Shown here: in pieces, positions 30,885 through 41,917 of the stretch
Layout of the letters: every line of letters starts with the position of its first letter
Numbering within the stretch: position 1 is the first letter of the stretch
Source of the DNA: Nitrospirota bacterium
GTDB lineage: Bacteria; Nitrospirota; Thermodesulfovibrionia; Thermodesulfovibrionales; JdFR-86
Assembly (NCBI GenBank): GCA_963721805.1
Contig: CAVRJY010000002.1
Coordinates: 32,001-96,000, forward strand
Length of the DNA stretch: 64,000 nt
Direction of reading: 5' to 3'
Notes under the pieces: model-generated
Databases searched by the model: none
What the model saw: only the letters and a program-made list of their open reading frames with translations
Told to the model about the DNA's origin: nothing
Program-made: the position numbers and the translations under genes

Positions 30885-30941
30885 GCGGGCTCCTTTCGTA
30901 TAGTTATATTATAACAGGCCGGAGTGCGGCGTTTGTTATAA

Positions 30942-31817
30942 TTGGGGATAAGGCAAGGGGAGGGCGCATTGACGCCAAATCTTACGATAGGCGAGGTCAA
31001 GATAACGTGGCTGCACGGCGGGGTATTCGAGCTCGACGGCGGGACGATGTTCGGCCCGGTGCCGCGCGTGCTCTGGGAAAAACGCTTCGCCTACCACGGG
31101 GACAACTACATAAGCCTGCTTAACCACCCGATGCTCGTGCGCGCCCCATGGGGTACAGCGATAATCGACACCGGCCTGGGCAACAAGCTCACCGAGAAGC
31201 AAAAAAAGATATTCCGCGTGACCGAGGACTGGCGGCTGCTGGAATCGCTCGCGGAGCAGGGCGTCAGCCGCGATCAGATAGACTTCGTGGTGCTCACCCA
31301 CCTCGATTACGACCACGCCGGGGGCGTGGTGATGCATAACCAAGAAGGCGTGGCGGAGCTCACGTTCCCGCGCGCGCAGCACATTGTGCAGCGTGCGGAG
31401 TGGGAGGATGCGATATCGCCTAATAAGCGCGCCGCGCACTCCTACTGGAAGCGGAACTTTGATGGGCTGGTAGCGGGTGAGAACCTCTTGCTCGCTGAAG
31501 GCCCGCACGAGGTGATGGAGGGGTTGGCCGTGTTCCCGACCGGGGGCCACACGCGCGGGCATCAGGCCGTGGTCATATCCTCCGGCGGGCAGAAGGCGGT
31601 GCACCTGGCCGACCTGCTGCCCACGCACGCGCACTTTAACCCGCTCTGGGTTACGTCATACGACAACTTCCCTCTCGATGCGGTCGAGCGCAAGGAGCAG
31701 TTCGAAAAACTCTTCGTCTCTCAGGGCGCGTGGTTTCTCTTCTACCACGACCCGTTCATGGCCGCGTGCCGCTTCGACCCCAGGGGCGAGGTCATCGAGA
31801 AACTTGACTGGCGCTGA
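30942..31817 (+). CDS. MBL-fold hydrolase (YtnP-like)
   Basis: Motifs [18 protein letters not shown] and GHTRGH; start may be ~30969. Confidence 0.9.
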   Translation: MGIRQGEGALTPNLTIGEVKITWLHGGVFELDGGTMFGPVPRVLWEKRFAYHGDNYISLLNHPMLVRAPWGTAIIDTGLGNKLTEKQKKIFRVTEDWRLLESLAEQGVSRDQIDFVVLTHLDYDHAGGVVMHNQEGVAELTFPRAQHIVQRAEWEDAISPNKRAAHSYWKRNFDGLVAGENLLLAEGPHEVMEGLAVFPTGGHTRGHQAVVISSGGQKAVHLADLLPTHAHFNPLWVTSYDNFPLDAVERKEQFEKLFVSQGAWFLFYHDPFMAACRFDPRGEVIEKLDWR

Positions 31818-33292
31818 TGCCTAAGAAAGCCGTCATCGTCGGCGCGGGCCCGGCCGGGCTCACCGCCGCGTATGAACTGCTCACCAGGACCGATATCGTC
31901 CCGACGGTGCTTGAGGCCTCCGAAGACATCGGCGGCATCTCGAAGACCGTCCATTACAAGGGCAACCGCATCGACATCGGAGGGCACCGCTTCTTCTCGA
32001 AGTCCGAGCGAGTCATGCGCTGGTGGGCCGACGTATTCCCGATAGAGGCCGCGCCGGAGCCGGACCCCAAGCACACCGACAAGGTCATGCTGCGGCGAGA
32101 CCGCCTCTCGCGGATATTCTTCCTCGGGAAGTTCTTCCCGTACCCGATCCGGCTGACTCTGGACGTGATGCGCAAGCTGGGCGCGCTTCGTGCATTTAAG
32201 ATATGCCTGAGCTACCTCATGGTCCGCCTCAGGCCGATCAGGCCCGAGCGGTCGCTCGAGGACTTCTTCATCAACCGCTTCGGACGCGAGCTGTACCTCA
32301 CGTTTTTTAAGGGCTACACCGAGAAGGTCTGGGGCGCGCCGTGCGCCGAGATCTCGCCCGAGTGGGGCGCTCAGAGGATCAAGGGCCTCTCGGTAGGGCG
32401 GGCGGTCAGCCACGCGATAAGGCAGTCGCTTGGGGGTGGGCAGCCGGCCGTTGAGACGAGCCTGATCGAGAATTTTTTGTACCCCAAGCTCGGGCCGGGC
32501 CAGCTCTGGGAGGAGGTCGCGGCGCGGGTGCAGCAGCGCGGGGGCAAGGTGATAACGGGCGCGGAGGTGGTGGGCGTCGAGACCTCGGGCAGGCGCGTGA
32601 CTGCTGTCACGGCCAAAGACCGGCAGACGGGCGGGCTTCAGCGCCATGAGGCGGACTGGTTCTTCTCGACCATGCCGGTGCGCGAACTTGTCGCGGCGAT
32701 GGGCGAGGCGGTGCCGCAAGATGTGAGGGACGCGGCTGCGGGCCTGCAATACCGCGATTTCATGACCGTGGGGCTGCTGCTTAAAAAGCTCAAGACTCCG
32801 GTGCCGGACAACTGGATATACGTCCAGGAGCGCGGGGTCAGGATCGGGAGGCTACAGGTCTTCAATAACTGGAGCCCGTGGCTCGTAGCCGACCCGGAAG
32901 GCACGGTATGGCTGGGGCTTGAGTACTTCTGCACCGAGGGGGACGGGATGTGGTCGATGCCTGACGACGAGTTCGCGCGGTTCGCGATAGGCGAGCTTGC
33001 CTCGATCGGGCTGATCGATCCAGCCGACGTCCTCGACCATAAGGTGCTTCGCGTGCCCAAGGCATATCCGGCATACATCGGCGGGTACGATAGATTCGGC
33101 GTGGTCAGGCGATACCTCGACGGACTCGAAAACCTCTTCCTGATCGGCCGAAACGGGATGCACCGGTATAACAATATGGACCACTCGATGCTGACCGCGA
33201 TGGCCGCGGTCGAAAACATCATCGCTGGGCGCACTGACAAGACCAATATATGGGCGATCAACGCTGAGGACGACTATCACGAGGGTTCATGA
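31817..33292 (+). CDS. NAD(P)/FAD-dependent oxidoreductase (glycan-locus type, UDP-Galp mutase/PPO-like)
   Basis: Motifs [18 protein letters not shown] and [14 protein letters not shown]. Confidence 0.85.
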   Translation: MPKKAVIVGAGPAGLTAAYELLTRTDIVPTVLEASEDIGGISKTVHYKGNRIDIGGHRFFSKSERVMRWWADVFPIEAAPEPDPKHTDKVMLRRDRLSRIFFLGKFFPYPIRLTLDVMRKLGALRAFKICLSYLMVRLRPIRPERSLEDFFINRFGRELYLTFFKGYTEKVWGAPCAEISPEWGAQRIKGLSVGRAVSHAIRQSLGGGQPAVETSLIENFLYPKLGPGQLWEEVAARVQQRGGKVITGAEVVGVETSGRRVTAVTAKDRQTGGLQRHEADWFFSTMPVRELVAAMGEAVPQDVRDAAAGLQYRDFMTVGLLLKKLKTPVPDNWIYVQERGVRIGRLQVFNNWSPWLVADPEGTVWLGLEYFCTEGDGMWSMPDDEFARFAIGELASIGLIDPADVLDHKVLRVPKAYPAYIGGYDRFGVVRRYLDGLENLFLIGRNGMHRYNNMDHSMLTAMAAVENIIAGRTDKTNIWAINAEDDYHEGS

Positions 33293-33461
33293 AAGCGCTC
33301 CAAATCGCTTGATACTGCGTCACGCCTCGCAGCCCGATCCTCAACGTATGTCCATATACGCCTCCGGTCGGTCTGCTCGCCGCTCCTTGTCTGAAGACGA
33401 TTTGGGCGCGCTTTCGGGGGAGAGAATAACGTAGCCCCCCGCGCCCCACGAGGTCAACGGC
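33290..33461 (-). repeat. Palindromic element, module B left ('short') arm
   Basis: GAAAGCGCTCCAAATCG...CGATTTGGGCGCGCTTTC plus GGTCAACGGC; overlaps the upstream TGA stop. Confidence 0.9.
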
Positions 33462-33524
33462 TTATATTAAGAGCATCATGACCGTTGCCCCTGCCGCACA
33501 TGGAATGGAAGGGAATTCAGTCGA

Positions 33525-34085
33525 TTAATCCTCAGCTCTCCATGCGATAAGGTCTAAGTGTATTCGATGATTAAAACTGTATTCATTTTTTGCCATATCT
33601 GTTGCAACTGACTGATAATTATCGTTTGTTACCTTATTTATTGCAGTTATCGTAGTCCATTTAGTGTTCTTATTATGGGAATCTAATTTTTTACCAACAT
33701 AGCTATCTAAAGGGACTTCAAGGAACGGCATTAAATGGCTCAACTGATATTTTTCATATATGAATCGATTATAACAAGCGTTGCGCATAAATATATTTAA
33801 ACATTTTCGCGCTATACCCCAAAGCGCAGTCTTTTCCTTAGAGTGATCTATGATTAAATATAATTTGTCAACCAAATTCTTTGTATGCTCGTCTATTATG
33901 TTTGAGTAATCCGCTTCATTCATAATCAACCTGAATTGATTGAAATCCATTCCGCCCAGATATTCTCTAACGCATTTACCAGTCCCCGTTGGATATCCCC
34001 TTACTGTACTAACCCCTATGGAAACGTTTGCGAGATGTTTCGTTAATGCCTTATAAAAATCAAATACATTGGCCTTATCATTCAT
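33525..34085 (-). CDS. AT-rich cargo hypothetical protein
   Basis: 186-aa ORF with GGAGG SD; motif GIARKCLNIFMR...VPLDS; function not assignable. Confidence 0.7.
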   Translation of the reverse strand: MNDKANVFDFYKALTKHLANVSIGVSTVRGYPTGTGKCVREYLGGMDFNQFRLIMNEADYSNIIDEHTKNLVDKLYLIIDHSKEKTALWGIARKCLNIFMRNACYNRFIYEKYQLSHLMPFLEVPLDSYVGKKLDSHNKNTKWTTITAINKVTNDNYQSVATDMAKNEYSFNHRIHLDLIAWRAED

Positions 34086-34425
34086 GTTTCATAGCCTCCA
34101 CTCTGTGATTTAATATGAAACAATAAAACTGAGAGAGTTAAATGGCACCAGCCAGTTCTCATCCCGATGTGCATCATGCTCCAAAGATACCACAACCGCT
34201 CGGAGTATACCAAACATTTTTCCGAGGGCTGCCGACGTTCATTAACCATAGTTAATCGAAAGTTAGTAGAAAACGCACGGGCATCAATTTTTCCTATCAA
34301 CTTAGGTTTATATATAAACCGTAGGATATCGCTTTTTTCATTTCTTTGTGATTTAATACGGGATGATGCTTAGATGGGTATTTTTGAGGTCGCGGAAAGC
34401 GAAGTTGGACGCCGATGGAGCGGTG

Positions 34426-34762
34426 GAAAACGTTTCTGAACGCATGAACATGGGAGTGGTCAAATTATCGATGAAATCCGCTGGCTTGGACTGTTTTTTC
34501 TCTGTTCATTTGAACGCTCAAAAAAAATGCGCGTACGCGCGCGGTAAGTATGTATATAACTAAGGTGACGAGCGCAGGTCTAATTAAGCCGTTGACCACG
34601 AGGCGCGGAGGCAGCGGCTGGGCCGCGCACTTCGCAAAGCGCGATAAATCGCGTCAGGCTAGGAACGGCGAGGAAAACGTCCGCAAGTGTACTGAGACGT
34701 ACTCTGGAGGACGGATTTCCGAAGCCGTGACAACGTATCACGCGACTTTAGCGCGCTTTCAA
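34426..34762 (+). repeat. Module B right ('long') arm
   Basis: Subterminal AAAACGTTTCTGAACGCATGAACA...CATTTGAACGC..A-tract..GCGCG..TATGTATATAACTAAG is shared with module A; hairpin at 34588-34762. Confidence 0.9.
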
Positions 34763-34809
34763 GAGGGCAAAGTTTGCAGCAGCTTTAGCCAAGAAGGTAT
34801 AATGCGTTG

Positions 34810-35937
34810 ATGAAGAAAGCGCTGATAACGGGCATCACCGGCCAGGACGGTTCCTATCTGGCCGAGCTGCTTCTGGAGAAGGACTACGAAGTCCACGGCA
34901 TGGTCCGCCGCTCCAGCATGTTCAACCGCGGCCGCATCGACCACATATACGTCGACCCGCACGCTAAGGGCGCGCACCTCTTCCTGCACTACAGCGACCT
35001 CGCGGACGCCGGCAACATCACGAGCCTGATCTACAACGTCGCGCCTGACGAGATATACCACCTCGGCGCGCAGAGCCACGTCCGCGTGAGCTTCGACGTC
35101 CCTGAGTACACGGGCGACGTGACCGGTCTCGGGACCACGCGCATACTCGACGCGATGCACAGGAGCGGCTCGAAGGCGCGGTTCTATCAGGCCTCGTCAA
35201 GCGAGATGTTCGGCGCCACACAGCCACCTCAGAACGAGAGTTCGCCGTTTTATCCGCGCAGCCCCTATGCGGCCGCGAAGGTCTACGCCTACTGGATGAC
35301 CGTCAACTACCGCGAGGCCTACGGGATGTATGCCTGTAACGGGATACTGTTTAACCACGAGAGCCCGCGCCGGGGCGAGAACTTCATCACGCGCAAGATC
35401 ACGCTCTCGCTCGCGAACATACTGGCCGGCCGCGCGGAGAAGCTCTACCTCGGCAACCTCGAGGCCCGGCGCGACTGGGGCTTCGCCCCGGAGTACGTCG
35501 AGTGCCAGTGGCGCATCCTGCAGCAGGACCGCCCGGCGGATTACGTTATCGGCACAGGCGAGAGCCACTCGGTCCGCGAGTTCCTGCTCGAGGCATTCGA
35601 GTACGCGGGGATAGGGCTTGAGCTTAAGGGCACGGGCGCGGGCATCAAGGGCGTCATAAGCTCGGTGCGCGGCGACTGCCCGCTCAAGCCCGGACACGTC
35701 GTGCTCGAGATAGACCCGAAGTTCTTCCGCCCGACCGAGGTCGACTACCTGCTTGCGGACATAACGCGTTCGCGCGAGGTTTTAGGATGGGAGCCGAAGG
35801 TCACGTTTAAGGAACTCGTGCGGATCATGGTGGACGCGGACCTCATCGGCCACGGGCTCGCTGCCCCCGGCGACGGCCAGCGCGTACTGAAGGAAAAGGG
35901 CCTCACCTGGTTTAAGGCCGACTCGACCTCCCGCTGA
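34810..35937 (+). CDS. gmd: GDP-mannose 4,6-dehydratase
   Basis: Motifs [22 protein letters not shown] and FNHESPRRG. Confidence 0.97.
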   Translation: MKKALITGITGQDGSYLAELLLEKDYEVHGMVRRSSMFNRGRIDHIYVDPHAKGAHLFLHYSDLADAGNITSLIYNVAPDEIYHLGAQSHVRVSFDVPEYTGDVTGLGTTRILDAMHRSGSKARFYQASSSEMFGATQPPQNESSPFYPRSPYAAAKVYAYWMTVNYREAYGMYACNGILFNHESPRRGENFITRKITLSLANILAGRAEKLYLGNLEARRDWGFAPEYVECQWRILQQDRPADYVIGTGESHSVREFLLEAFEYAGIGLELKGTGAGIKGVISSVRGDCPLKPGHVVLEIDPKFFRPTEVDYLLADITRSREVLGWEPKVTFKELVRIMVDADLIGHGLAAPGDGQRVLKEKGLTWFKADSTSR

Positions 35938-35964
35938 CAGGCGCGGCCTGCCTCTCTTCTCTGA

Positions 35965-37059
35965 CTATCTGCCGAGTGGTATATGGATATGAAACGCGGT
36001 GCCCTTGCCGGGGTCGCTCTCCAGCGTGATATACCCCCGGTTGCGCTTGATGATGCGGTAGGTCATCGCGAGGCCGAGCCCCGTGCCCTCGCCCGGCGGC
36101 TTGGTTGTGTAGAACGGCTGGTAGACGTGCTCCATCGCATCCTGCGGGATGCCGCAGCCGGTGTCCGCGACGGTCACTATCGCATAGCGGCCGGGCGCGA
36201 TGAACTCGTTCGGCGCGGATGGGCGCTCCGGGATGTCCGCTGCACGGGTCGTGATCGTGAGGCGGCCCCCGTCGGGCATCGCGTCGCGGGCGTTTATGAT
36301 CAGGTTTATCAGCGCCTGCTCGATCTGTCCGGCAGAGCCCTCGACGTGAGGCAGGGATTGGTCGAGGTCGAGCCTGACCTCTATCGAGCTTGGTATGAGC
36401 CGGGAGGCCATCTGCATCGTCTCGCCCACGACCGCGTTGAGATCAACCGGCAGGCCCTCGACGTACTCCGAGCGCGCGAAGTCCAGAAGCTGCCCCACGG
36501 CCTCGGCGGCCTTGTCCGACGAGCGCTCGATGATGCGCGCATACTGCACGATCTCGGGGGTGGCGGCGGCGTGGGTGCTGATGAGTTCGGAGTACGAGCT
36601 GATGGAGGTTAGCACGTTTTTGAAGTAGTGCGTGATGCCGCCGGCGAGCATGCCGATGGCCTCCATCTTCTGGGAGTGCATGAGCTGCTTTTCGTGCTCG
36701 ACCTTCGAGGTCTCGTCCGTGACGACCATGAGCACCACGCTCGGGCTCGCATCGGCGCGCTCGCGTATGGGGTAGGCCTTGACGCCGAGCGTCCGCCTGC
36801 CGGTGTCGAGCGTGTGCGAGGCGGCCTCGCCCAGATTTAGCGCGGCCAGCACTGGGCACTTGCCCGGCTCATCGGAGCATGGGGCATCGCGCCCCATCAG
36901 CGCCCTGTGGCAGGCCATCCCGGCGATCGCGGCCTGGCCGATGCCGCTTAAGCGCGCGAAGGCGCGGTTGGCGTGCAGGATGCGGCGCTGGGGGCTTACC
37001 AGCGCGACCCCCTCCTCGACCTCGTCGAGCAGTGCACCTATGACGCTGTCCATCGGCAT
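35965..37059 (-). CDS. PAS-domain histidine kinase (NtrB/CckA-like)
   Basis: PAS domain; QKMEAIGMLAGGITH, NARDAM and GTGLGL. Confidence 0.9.
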   Translation of the reverse strand: MPMDSVIGALLDEVEEGVALVSPQRRILHANRAFARLSGIGQAAIAGMACHRALMGRDAPCSDEPGKCPVLAALNLGEAASHTLDTGRRTLGVKAYPIRERADASPSVVLMVVTDETSKVEHEKQLMHSQKMEAIGMLAGGITHYFKNVLTSISSYSELISTHAAATPEIVQYARIIERSSDKAAEAVGQLLDFARSEYVEGLPVDLNAVVGETMQMASRLIPSSIEVRLDLDQSLPHVEGSAGQIEQALINLIINARDAMPDGGRLTITTRAADIPERPSAPNEFIAPGRYAIVTVADTGCGIPQDAMEHVYQPFYTTKPPGEGTGLGLAMTYRIIKRNRGYITLESDPGKGTAFHIHIPLGR

Positions 37060-37081
37060 TATCTACTATACACGGAGGCGG

Positions 37082-37837
37082 CTATTTCTGCTCCAGCAGC
37101 CTGCGGCGCATCTTGTGCACCGCGATGGGGACGAGCGCGGACGTTACGGCCACGAGCCAGAGCATGTCGGCCCACGGCAGCTCGCCCCAGGCGGTGCCGC
37201 GCATCACGTTGACCATGTGGTACAGCGGGGTGAAGAACGCAACACCCCTGACGGCATCGGGCATCTGGTCCAGCGGGAAGAATATCCCGGAGAACAGGAA
37301 CATCGGCGTCATGAAGAGCGTGAAGTAGTAGTTGAAGTAGTAGATCACCGGGATGATCGAGGCGTAGATTATGCCGAGGGCCGCGAACAGCAGGCCGCTT
37401 ACGAGCAGCATCGGTATGCTCACCAGTATCATCGGCGAGTGCACGAGCCCGAACATCACGAGCACGAGGATGATGATGATGCCGTAGAGCACGCTCTTGC
37501 TCGCGCCCCAGAGCATCTCGCCGAGCACCAGCTCGGTGGCCGAGACCGGGGTGGCGAGTATCGCGTCGAACGTGTGCTGGTGGACCATGCGGATGTAGGT
37601 GTTGTACGTGCATTCGAACGTCGCGGCGAACATCGCCGAGGACGCCACGATGCCCGGCGCGATGAACTGCACGTAGCTCATCCCGTGTATCGGCTCGACG
37701 AACCCGCCGAGCCCCATGCCCATCCCGAGGAGGTAGAGCATCGGCTCGATAAAGTTTAGCGCGATGCTCGACTGGTAGAGCTTAGTAAATACGGTGTAGT
37801 TGCGCTGCCATACCCGAAACGCCCGCCGGAGCACCAT
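37082..37837 (-). CDS. ABC-2 permease (NodJ-like)
   Basis: Motifs YVQFIAPGI and PMFLFSGIFFP. Confidence 0.88.
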   Translation of the reverse strand: MVLRRAFRVWQRNYTVFTKLYQSSIALNFIEPMLYLLGMGMGLGGFVEPIHGMSYVQFIAPGIVASSAMFAATFECTYNTYIRMVHQHTFDAILATPVSATELVLGEMLWGASKSVLYGIIIILVLVMFGLVHSPMILVSIPMLLVSGLLFAALGIIYASIIPVIYYFNYYFTLFMTPMFLFSGIFFPLDQMPDAVRGVAFFTPLYHMVNVMRGTAWGELPWADMLWLVAVTSALVPIAVHKMRRRLLEQK

Positions 37838-37839
37838 GC

Positions 37840-38598
37840 CTAGCCCTCCGCCTCGTGCGGGTTGATCAGGGGGCGGCCGGTTATCGCCATGTACAGCTCT
37901 TCGAGGTTCGTCACGCCGTGGGCCTTGATCAGCTCTTGCGGGGTGCCGGTGTCGATGACATGGCCGAGGTCTATGACCGCCACGCGGTCGCATAGCCGCT
38001 CGGCCTCCTCCATGTAGTGCGTCGTGATCAGGATGGTCGAGCCCCCGGCCTTCAGGCGCTCGATGTTGTCCCAGACTTCGTGGCGGCTGCGGGGGTCGAA
38101 CCCGGTAGTCGGCTCGTCGAGCACCATGACCTCGGGTTCGTTTATGAGCGCGCGAGCGAGGATGAGCTTGCGCTTCATGCCGCCCGACAGGGCCTCGATG
38201 TTCACCGAGGCCTTATCCGCGATGCCGAAGAACTTGAGCAGCTCGGCTGCACGCGGCACCGAGACCGACTTCGGGATGTCGAAGTACCTCGCATAGACCA
38301 CGAGGTTCTCTAACACCGTGAGGTCCGGGTCGAGGCTGTCTTCCTGCGGGGCCACGCCGAGGCGGGCCTTGATCTCTGACGGCTTTGCGGTGACGTCCAT
38401 CCCGAAGACCTTCACGCTGCCCGCGCTCGGCGGATAGAAGCAGGTGAGGATCTTCATCGTGGTAGTCTTGCCCGCACCGTTGGGGCCGAGGAAGCCGAAG
38501 CACTCGCCCTTCTTGATAGAAAAAGATATTCCGTCCAGCGCGCAGAGCTTGCCGTAGTATTTAGTCAGGCCTGAGACCTCTATGATTGAGTCAGTCAT
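37840..38598 (-). CDS. ABC ATPase (NodI-like)
   Basis: Motifs GPNGAGKTT, LSGGMKR and DEPTTG. Confidence 0.92.
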   Translation of the reverse strand: MTDSIIEVSGLTKYYGKLCALDGISFSIKKGECFGFLGPNGAGKTTTMKILTCFYPPSAGSVKVFGMDVTAKPSEIKARLGVAPQEDSLDPDLTVLENLVVYARYFDIPKSVSVPRAAELLKFFGIADKASVNIEALSGGMKRKLILARALINEPEVMVLDEPTTGFDPRSRHEVWDNIERLKAGGSTILITTHYMEEAERLCDRVAVIDLGHVIDTGTPQELIKAHGVTNLEELYMAITGRPLINPHEAEG

Positions 38599-38628
38599 AG
38601 CTCAAATTATAGCAGAGGCACCGGAACC

Positions 38629-40008
38629 TTATGCGACTAATGGCAGGGTAATCGTGACGATCAGGCCGCCGCCCCCGGCATTTGAGGCCGCGACGGTGCC
38701 GTGATGGAAGGCTACCGCGCGCTCGGTGATCGAGAGCCCAAGCCCCGCGCCGCCGCTTCGGCGGTCGCGGGAGTATGATGCGCGGTAAAACGGACGGAAG
38801 ATGTTGGTGAGGTCAGCCTCGGGTATGCCGTGGCCGTGGTCGCGCACCGTGATCTCGGCGCATGGCGCAGGCGCTCCTGTTATGCGTCGAAGCGTGATGT
38901 CTACCGTAGTGTCCTCGCCGGTATGCCGGATAGCGTTTCTGACGACGTTTTCTATCGCGCGCCGAAGCAGCTCCTCGTTGCCATTGACTACGCACCCGGC
39001 GCACTCAATGACGCGCACGCCACGATTTCCCTGCGTCTCGAATTGTGCGTCCTTTGCGATCTCGCCGACGAGCCGCGCGAGATCCACCGGCCCTGTCTGA
39101 AGCGTCCGCACCCCGTTATCGAGGCTCGTGAGCGTAAGCACCTGGCCGATCATGTCCCCAAGCCTTGCCGATTCGAGCTCGATCCTGTCGAGTTCCCTGC
39201 GCGCCTCCTCGCCGGTCTTCTTCCGTGCGAGTTCCAGCGCCACGTTTAGGCGCGCCAGCGGAGAGCGCAGCTCGTGCGATATGTCGCCAAGCAGCTGTAT
39301 GTGCAGCCGCATAAGCGTTTCGAGGCGCTCGGCCATCTTATCGAAATCCCCGGCCAGATCCGATATCTCGTCGTTCCTCGGGGCAAGCGCTGGCCCGATC
39401 CGCGCCTTAAGGTCTCCGGCCGAGAATCTCTGCGTGGCCTCGCTGAGCTTTATGATCGGCGAGGTGATATACCGCGCAAGGATATAACAGCACGGGAGCC
39501 CAAGGACGATGATTACCGCTATCAGGCGCAGAAACAGCATAAACGGCTCTTTCGGGCCGGGCCTGAAAGGGTCGGGGGGCAGCACTCCTATCACGTTGTA
39601 CTGCCTGCCGTCGGCCCCCTTTATTGCCAGCGCCATGACATCTTTGCCATCGCGTGGCGGCGGGCCATCCTCTGGCTGCGGCCTGATCCTTATCGCGTCA
39701 GGCGGCAATTGCCGACCGCTTATCTCAACTCCGGACTCGTCCACGATGTATGCCTTTATGTCGTAGTCGTCCTCAAGGTGCTTCGTAAGTGCCGCGAGCG
39801 AGGCGGTGTCTCCGTGCAGGTATCGATCCAGTCCCGCCTGCCCGTAGATGTTAAGGGCGACGTTAAAGGGGTGCTGATGGTGGCCGGGCTGCGGCCATTT
39901 GTTTGTCAGCCTGTCGATCAGTAACTGCGCGGTGACCACTACAGCTATCGCCAACAGAAACCATAGGTAGATCTTGATGAATATGCGGGCGCTGGCGGGC
40001 TTAGGCAT
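38629..40008 (-). CDS. CpxA-like HAMP histidine kinase
   Basis: Motifs DISHELRSPLARL, ENVVRNAIR and GGAGLGL. Confidence 0.88.
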   Translation of the reverse strand: MPKPASARIFIKIYLWFLLAIAVVVTAQLLIDRLTNKWPQPGHHQHPFNVALNIYGQAGLDRYLHGDTASLAALTKHLEDDYDIKAYIVDESGVEISGRQLPPDAIRIRPQPEDGPPPRDGKDVMALAIKGADGRQYNVIGVLPPDPFRPGPKEPFMLFLRLIAVIIVLGLPCCYILARYITSPIIKLSEATQRFSAGDLKARIGPALAPRNDEISDLAGDFDKMAERLETLMRLHIQLLGDISHELRSPLARLNVALELARKKTGEEARRELDRIELESARLGDMIGQVLTLTSLDNGVRTLQTGPVDLARLVGEIAKDAQFETQGNRGVRVIECAGCVVNGNEELLRRAIENVVRNAIRHTGEDTTVDITLRRITGAPAPCAEITVRDHGHGIPEADLTNIFRPFYRASYSRDRRSGGAGLGLSITERAVAFHHGTVAASNAGGGGLIVTITLPLVA

Positions 40009-40702
40009 CCGGGCTGTCCGTATAAATATATCCAGCGCTTCGTATGGTCTTGATGCGCTCGGCCCCTCCGGCCTTTTCTCCGAGCTTTTTCCTGAGCTTG
40101 CTGATATGCACGTCTATGCTGCGGTCGAAGGTCGAGAGGGGCCTGCCCAATACGGTCTTTGCCAGCTCCTTGCGCGAGACGAGCATGCCGGAGTTTCGGA
40201 GCAGGACTTCGAGCAGGCCGAACTCGACCGATGTGAGTTCCACGGGTTCGCCCTGGCGGAGCACGACGCGCATGCCGAGATCCATAGTCACATCGCCGAC
40301 CTCTATCTTTCTTTGCGCCCCGGCCTCTACCGGCTTCTCGGGCTTTGTGCGCCTGAGGATCGCCCGCAGCCGCGCGACCAGTTCTCTGGGACTGAAGGGC
40401 TTTGACAGGTAATCGTCGGCCCCCATCTCAAGGCCAACGACCCGGTCGGTCTCGTCACCGCGCGCAGTCAGCATCACTACGGGTGTGGAGATCCGGGTCC
40501 GGAGGCGGGTCAGCACCTCAAAACCGTTAAAGACCGGGAGCATGACGTCCAGTATTATGGCGTCATAGCTCCCCTCGATGGCGAGCGCGAGCCCCTGCCT
40601 GCCGTCATGGGCGGTATCAACCCTGAACCCCTCTCCCGAGAGGTGCTCCACGAGCAGTTCGCACAGCTCGGTGTCGTCGTCTATGACGAGCAGGCGTTTC
40701 AT
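40001..40702 (-). CDS. CpxR-like response regulator
   Basis: Receiver plus winged helix; FDRSIDVHISKLRKKL. Confidence 0.9.
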   Translation of the reverse strand: MKRLLVIDDDTELCELLVEHLSGEGFRVDTAHDGRQGLALAIEGSYDAIILDVMLPVFNGFEVLTRLRTRISTPVVMLTARGDETDRVVGLEMGADDYLSKPFSPRELVARLRAILRRTKPEKPVEAGAQRKIEVGDVTMDLGMRVVLRQGEPVELTSVEFGLLEVLLRNSGMLVSRKELAKTVLGRPLSTFDRSIDVHISKLRKKLGEKAGGAERIKTIRSAGYIYTDSPDA

Positions 40703-40769
40703 GGTTTTGTCAGTCCAAATGACCTCAACATCGTTGATTTTACCCTATTTTTGGAGCGAGTCCGCGATA

Positions 40770-40784
40770 TTTACAAAACTTTAC
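40770..40784. promoter_or_regulatory. CpxR-type box
   Basis: TTTAC-N5-TTTAC (reverse of GTAAA-N5-GTAAA) between the divergent genes. Confidence 0.65.
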
Positions 40785-40883
40785 AAAAGATTAATGTTTC
40801 TTAACGCGCAGGTTACATTCCTGCGCCGATAACAACAATTGAAGCGGTCAGCTTCGGACGGAAATTTTGGAAGGAGGACTCAA

Positions 40884-41813
40884 ATGTCAGTATCTTCAGT
40901 AGGAGGATCCAGCTCACAGTTCCTCAGCCAGCTGTTTAACAAGCTGGACACAAACAGCGACGGCAGCATCAGTACGGACGAACTCGGCAAAAGCGATCTC
41001 GCAAAGAAATCTGGTATGAGCTCAAGCGACTTAGTCACCCTTATGGACTCAAACGGTGACGGGAGCGTAAGCAAGGACGAGCTCGGCGCGGGAATGAAAA
41101 AGCTTCACGACCAGATGCAGTCACAAAAGATGTCGCAGATCTTCAGCGCCCTAGACTCAAGCGGCGACGGCTCAATCAGCCTGAGCGAGCTGAAGAGCGC
41201 GCTATCTTCAGCCACATCTGGCAGCTCTTCGAGTAACACGTCGAGCAGCTCTTCTAGCGACACATCGAGTAGCGATTCGACCGACGCGTCTAGCAGCACT
41301 TCAGGCGACGCCTCGAAACTGTTCAGCGCCCTGGATACAAATGGCGATGGCAGCATAAGCAAAAGCGAGTTTACGACCGCCATGCAAAACGCAGGCGGCC
41401 CCGGCGGCCCTCCCCCCGGCCCCCCTCCGTCGGACAGCGCCACCAGCGGCAACAGCAGCGACAACAGCATTTCGCTGAGTTCGCTTGTGGACGCCATCAA
41501 CTCGGCCAGCGGCAGCTCCAGCTCATCTTCCACAAGCTCAAGCTCGTCCTCAAGCACAAGCAGCAGTTCCTCGACCACCGACCCAAAGGACCTCAACGGA
41601 GACGGCACCGTAACCGCTGCCGAGGAGCTCAAGTACGACCTGCAGCACGGAACCGGCAACCTCTCGGCGGACGACGTGGCCAACGTCGTCATGAAGGCGA
41701 TAGAACAGTATGCGCAGACGAGCGCAAGCGGCAGCAGCTCGTCGGGGTCTGGCAGCACTAGCTCAACGGGCGGCGGCTCCACAGCGGGCGTAGGCACCAG
41801 CATCTATGCCTGA
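40884..41813 (+). CDS. Ser-rich multi-EF-hand protein
   Basis: Five DxNxDGx(I/V) loops; poly-Ser linkers; GGAGG SD. Confidence 0.88.
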   Translation: MSVSSVGGSSSQFLSQLFNKLDTNSDGSISTDELGKSDLAKKSGMSSSDLVTLMDSNGDGSVSKDELGAGMKKLHDQMQSQKMSQIFSALDSSGDGSISLSELKSALSSATSGSSSSNTSSSSSSDTSSSDSTDASSSTSGDASKLFSALDTNGDGSISKSEFTTAMQNAGGPGGPPPGPPPSDSATSGNSSDNSISLSSLVDAINSASGSSSSSSTSSSSSSSTSSSSSTTDPKDLNGDGTVTAAEELKYDLQHGTGNLSADDVANVVMKAIEQYAQTSASGSSSSGSGSTSSTGGGSTAGVGTSIYA

Positions 41814-41854
41814 TAATGGCCGTATAGACTGACTCCACAGCTGACCGCCTCCTC

Positions 41855-41897
41855 ACTGCCCATGAGAGGACGCTACCCCCGTCCTTTCATGGGCAGT
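41855..41897. terminator. Long hairpin between convergent genes
   Basis: ACTGCCCATGAGAGGACG / CGTCCTTTCATGGGCAGT. Confidence 0.6.
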
Positions 41898-41917
41898 CCC
41901 TCCCGCCGGACGCCGGT

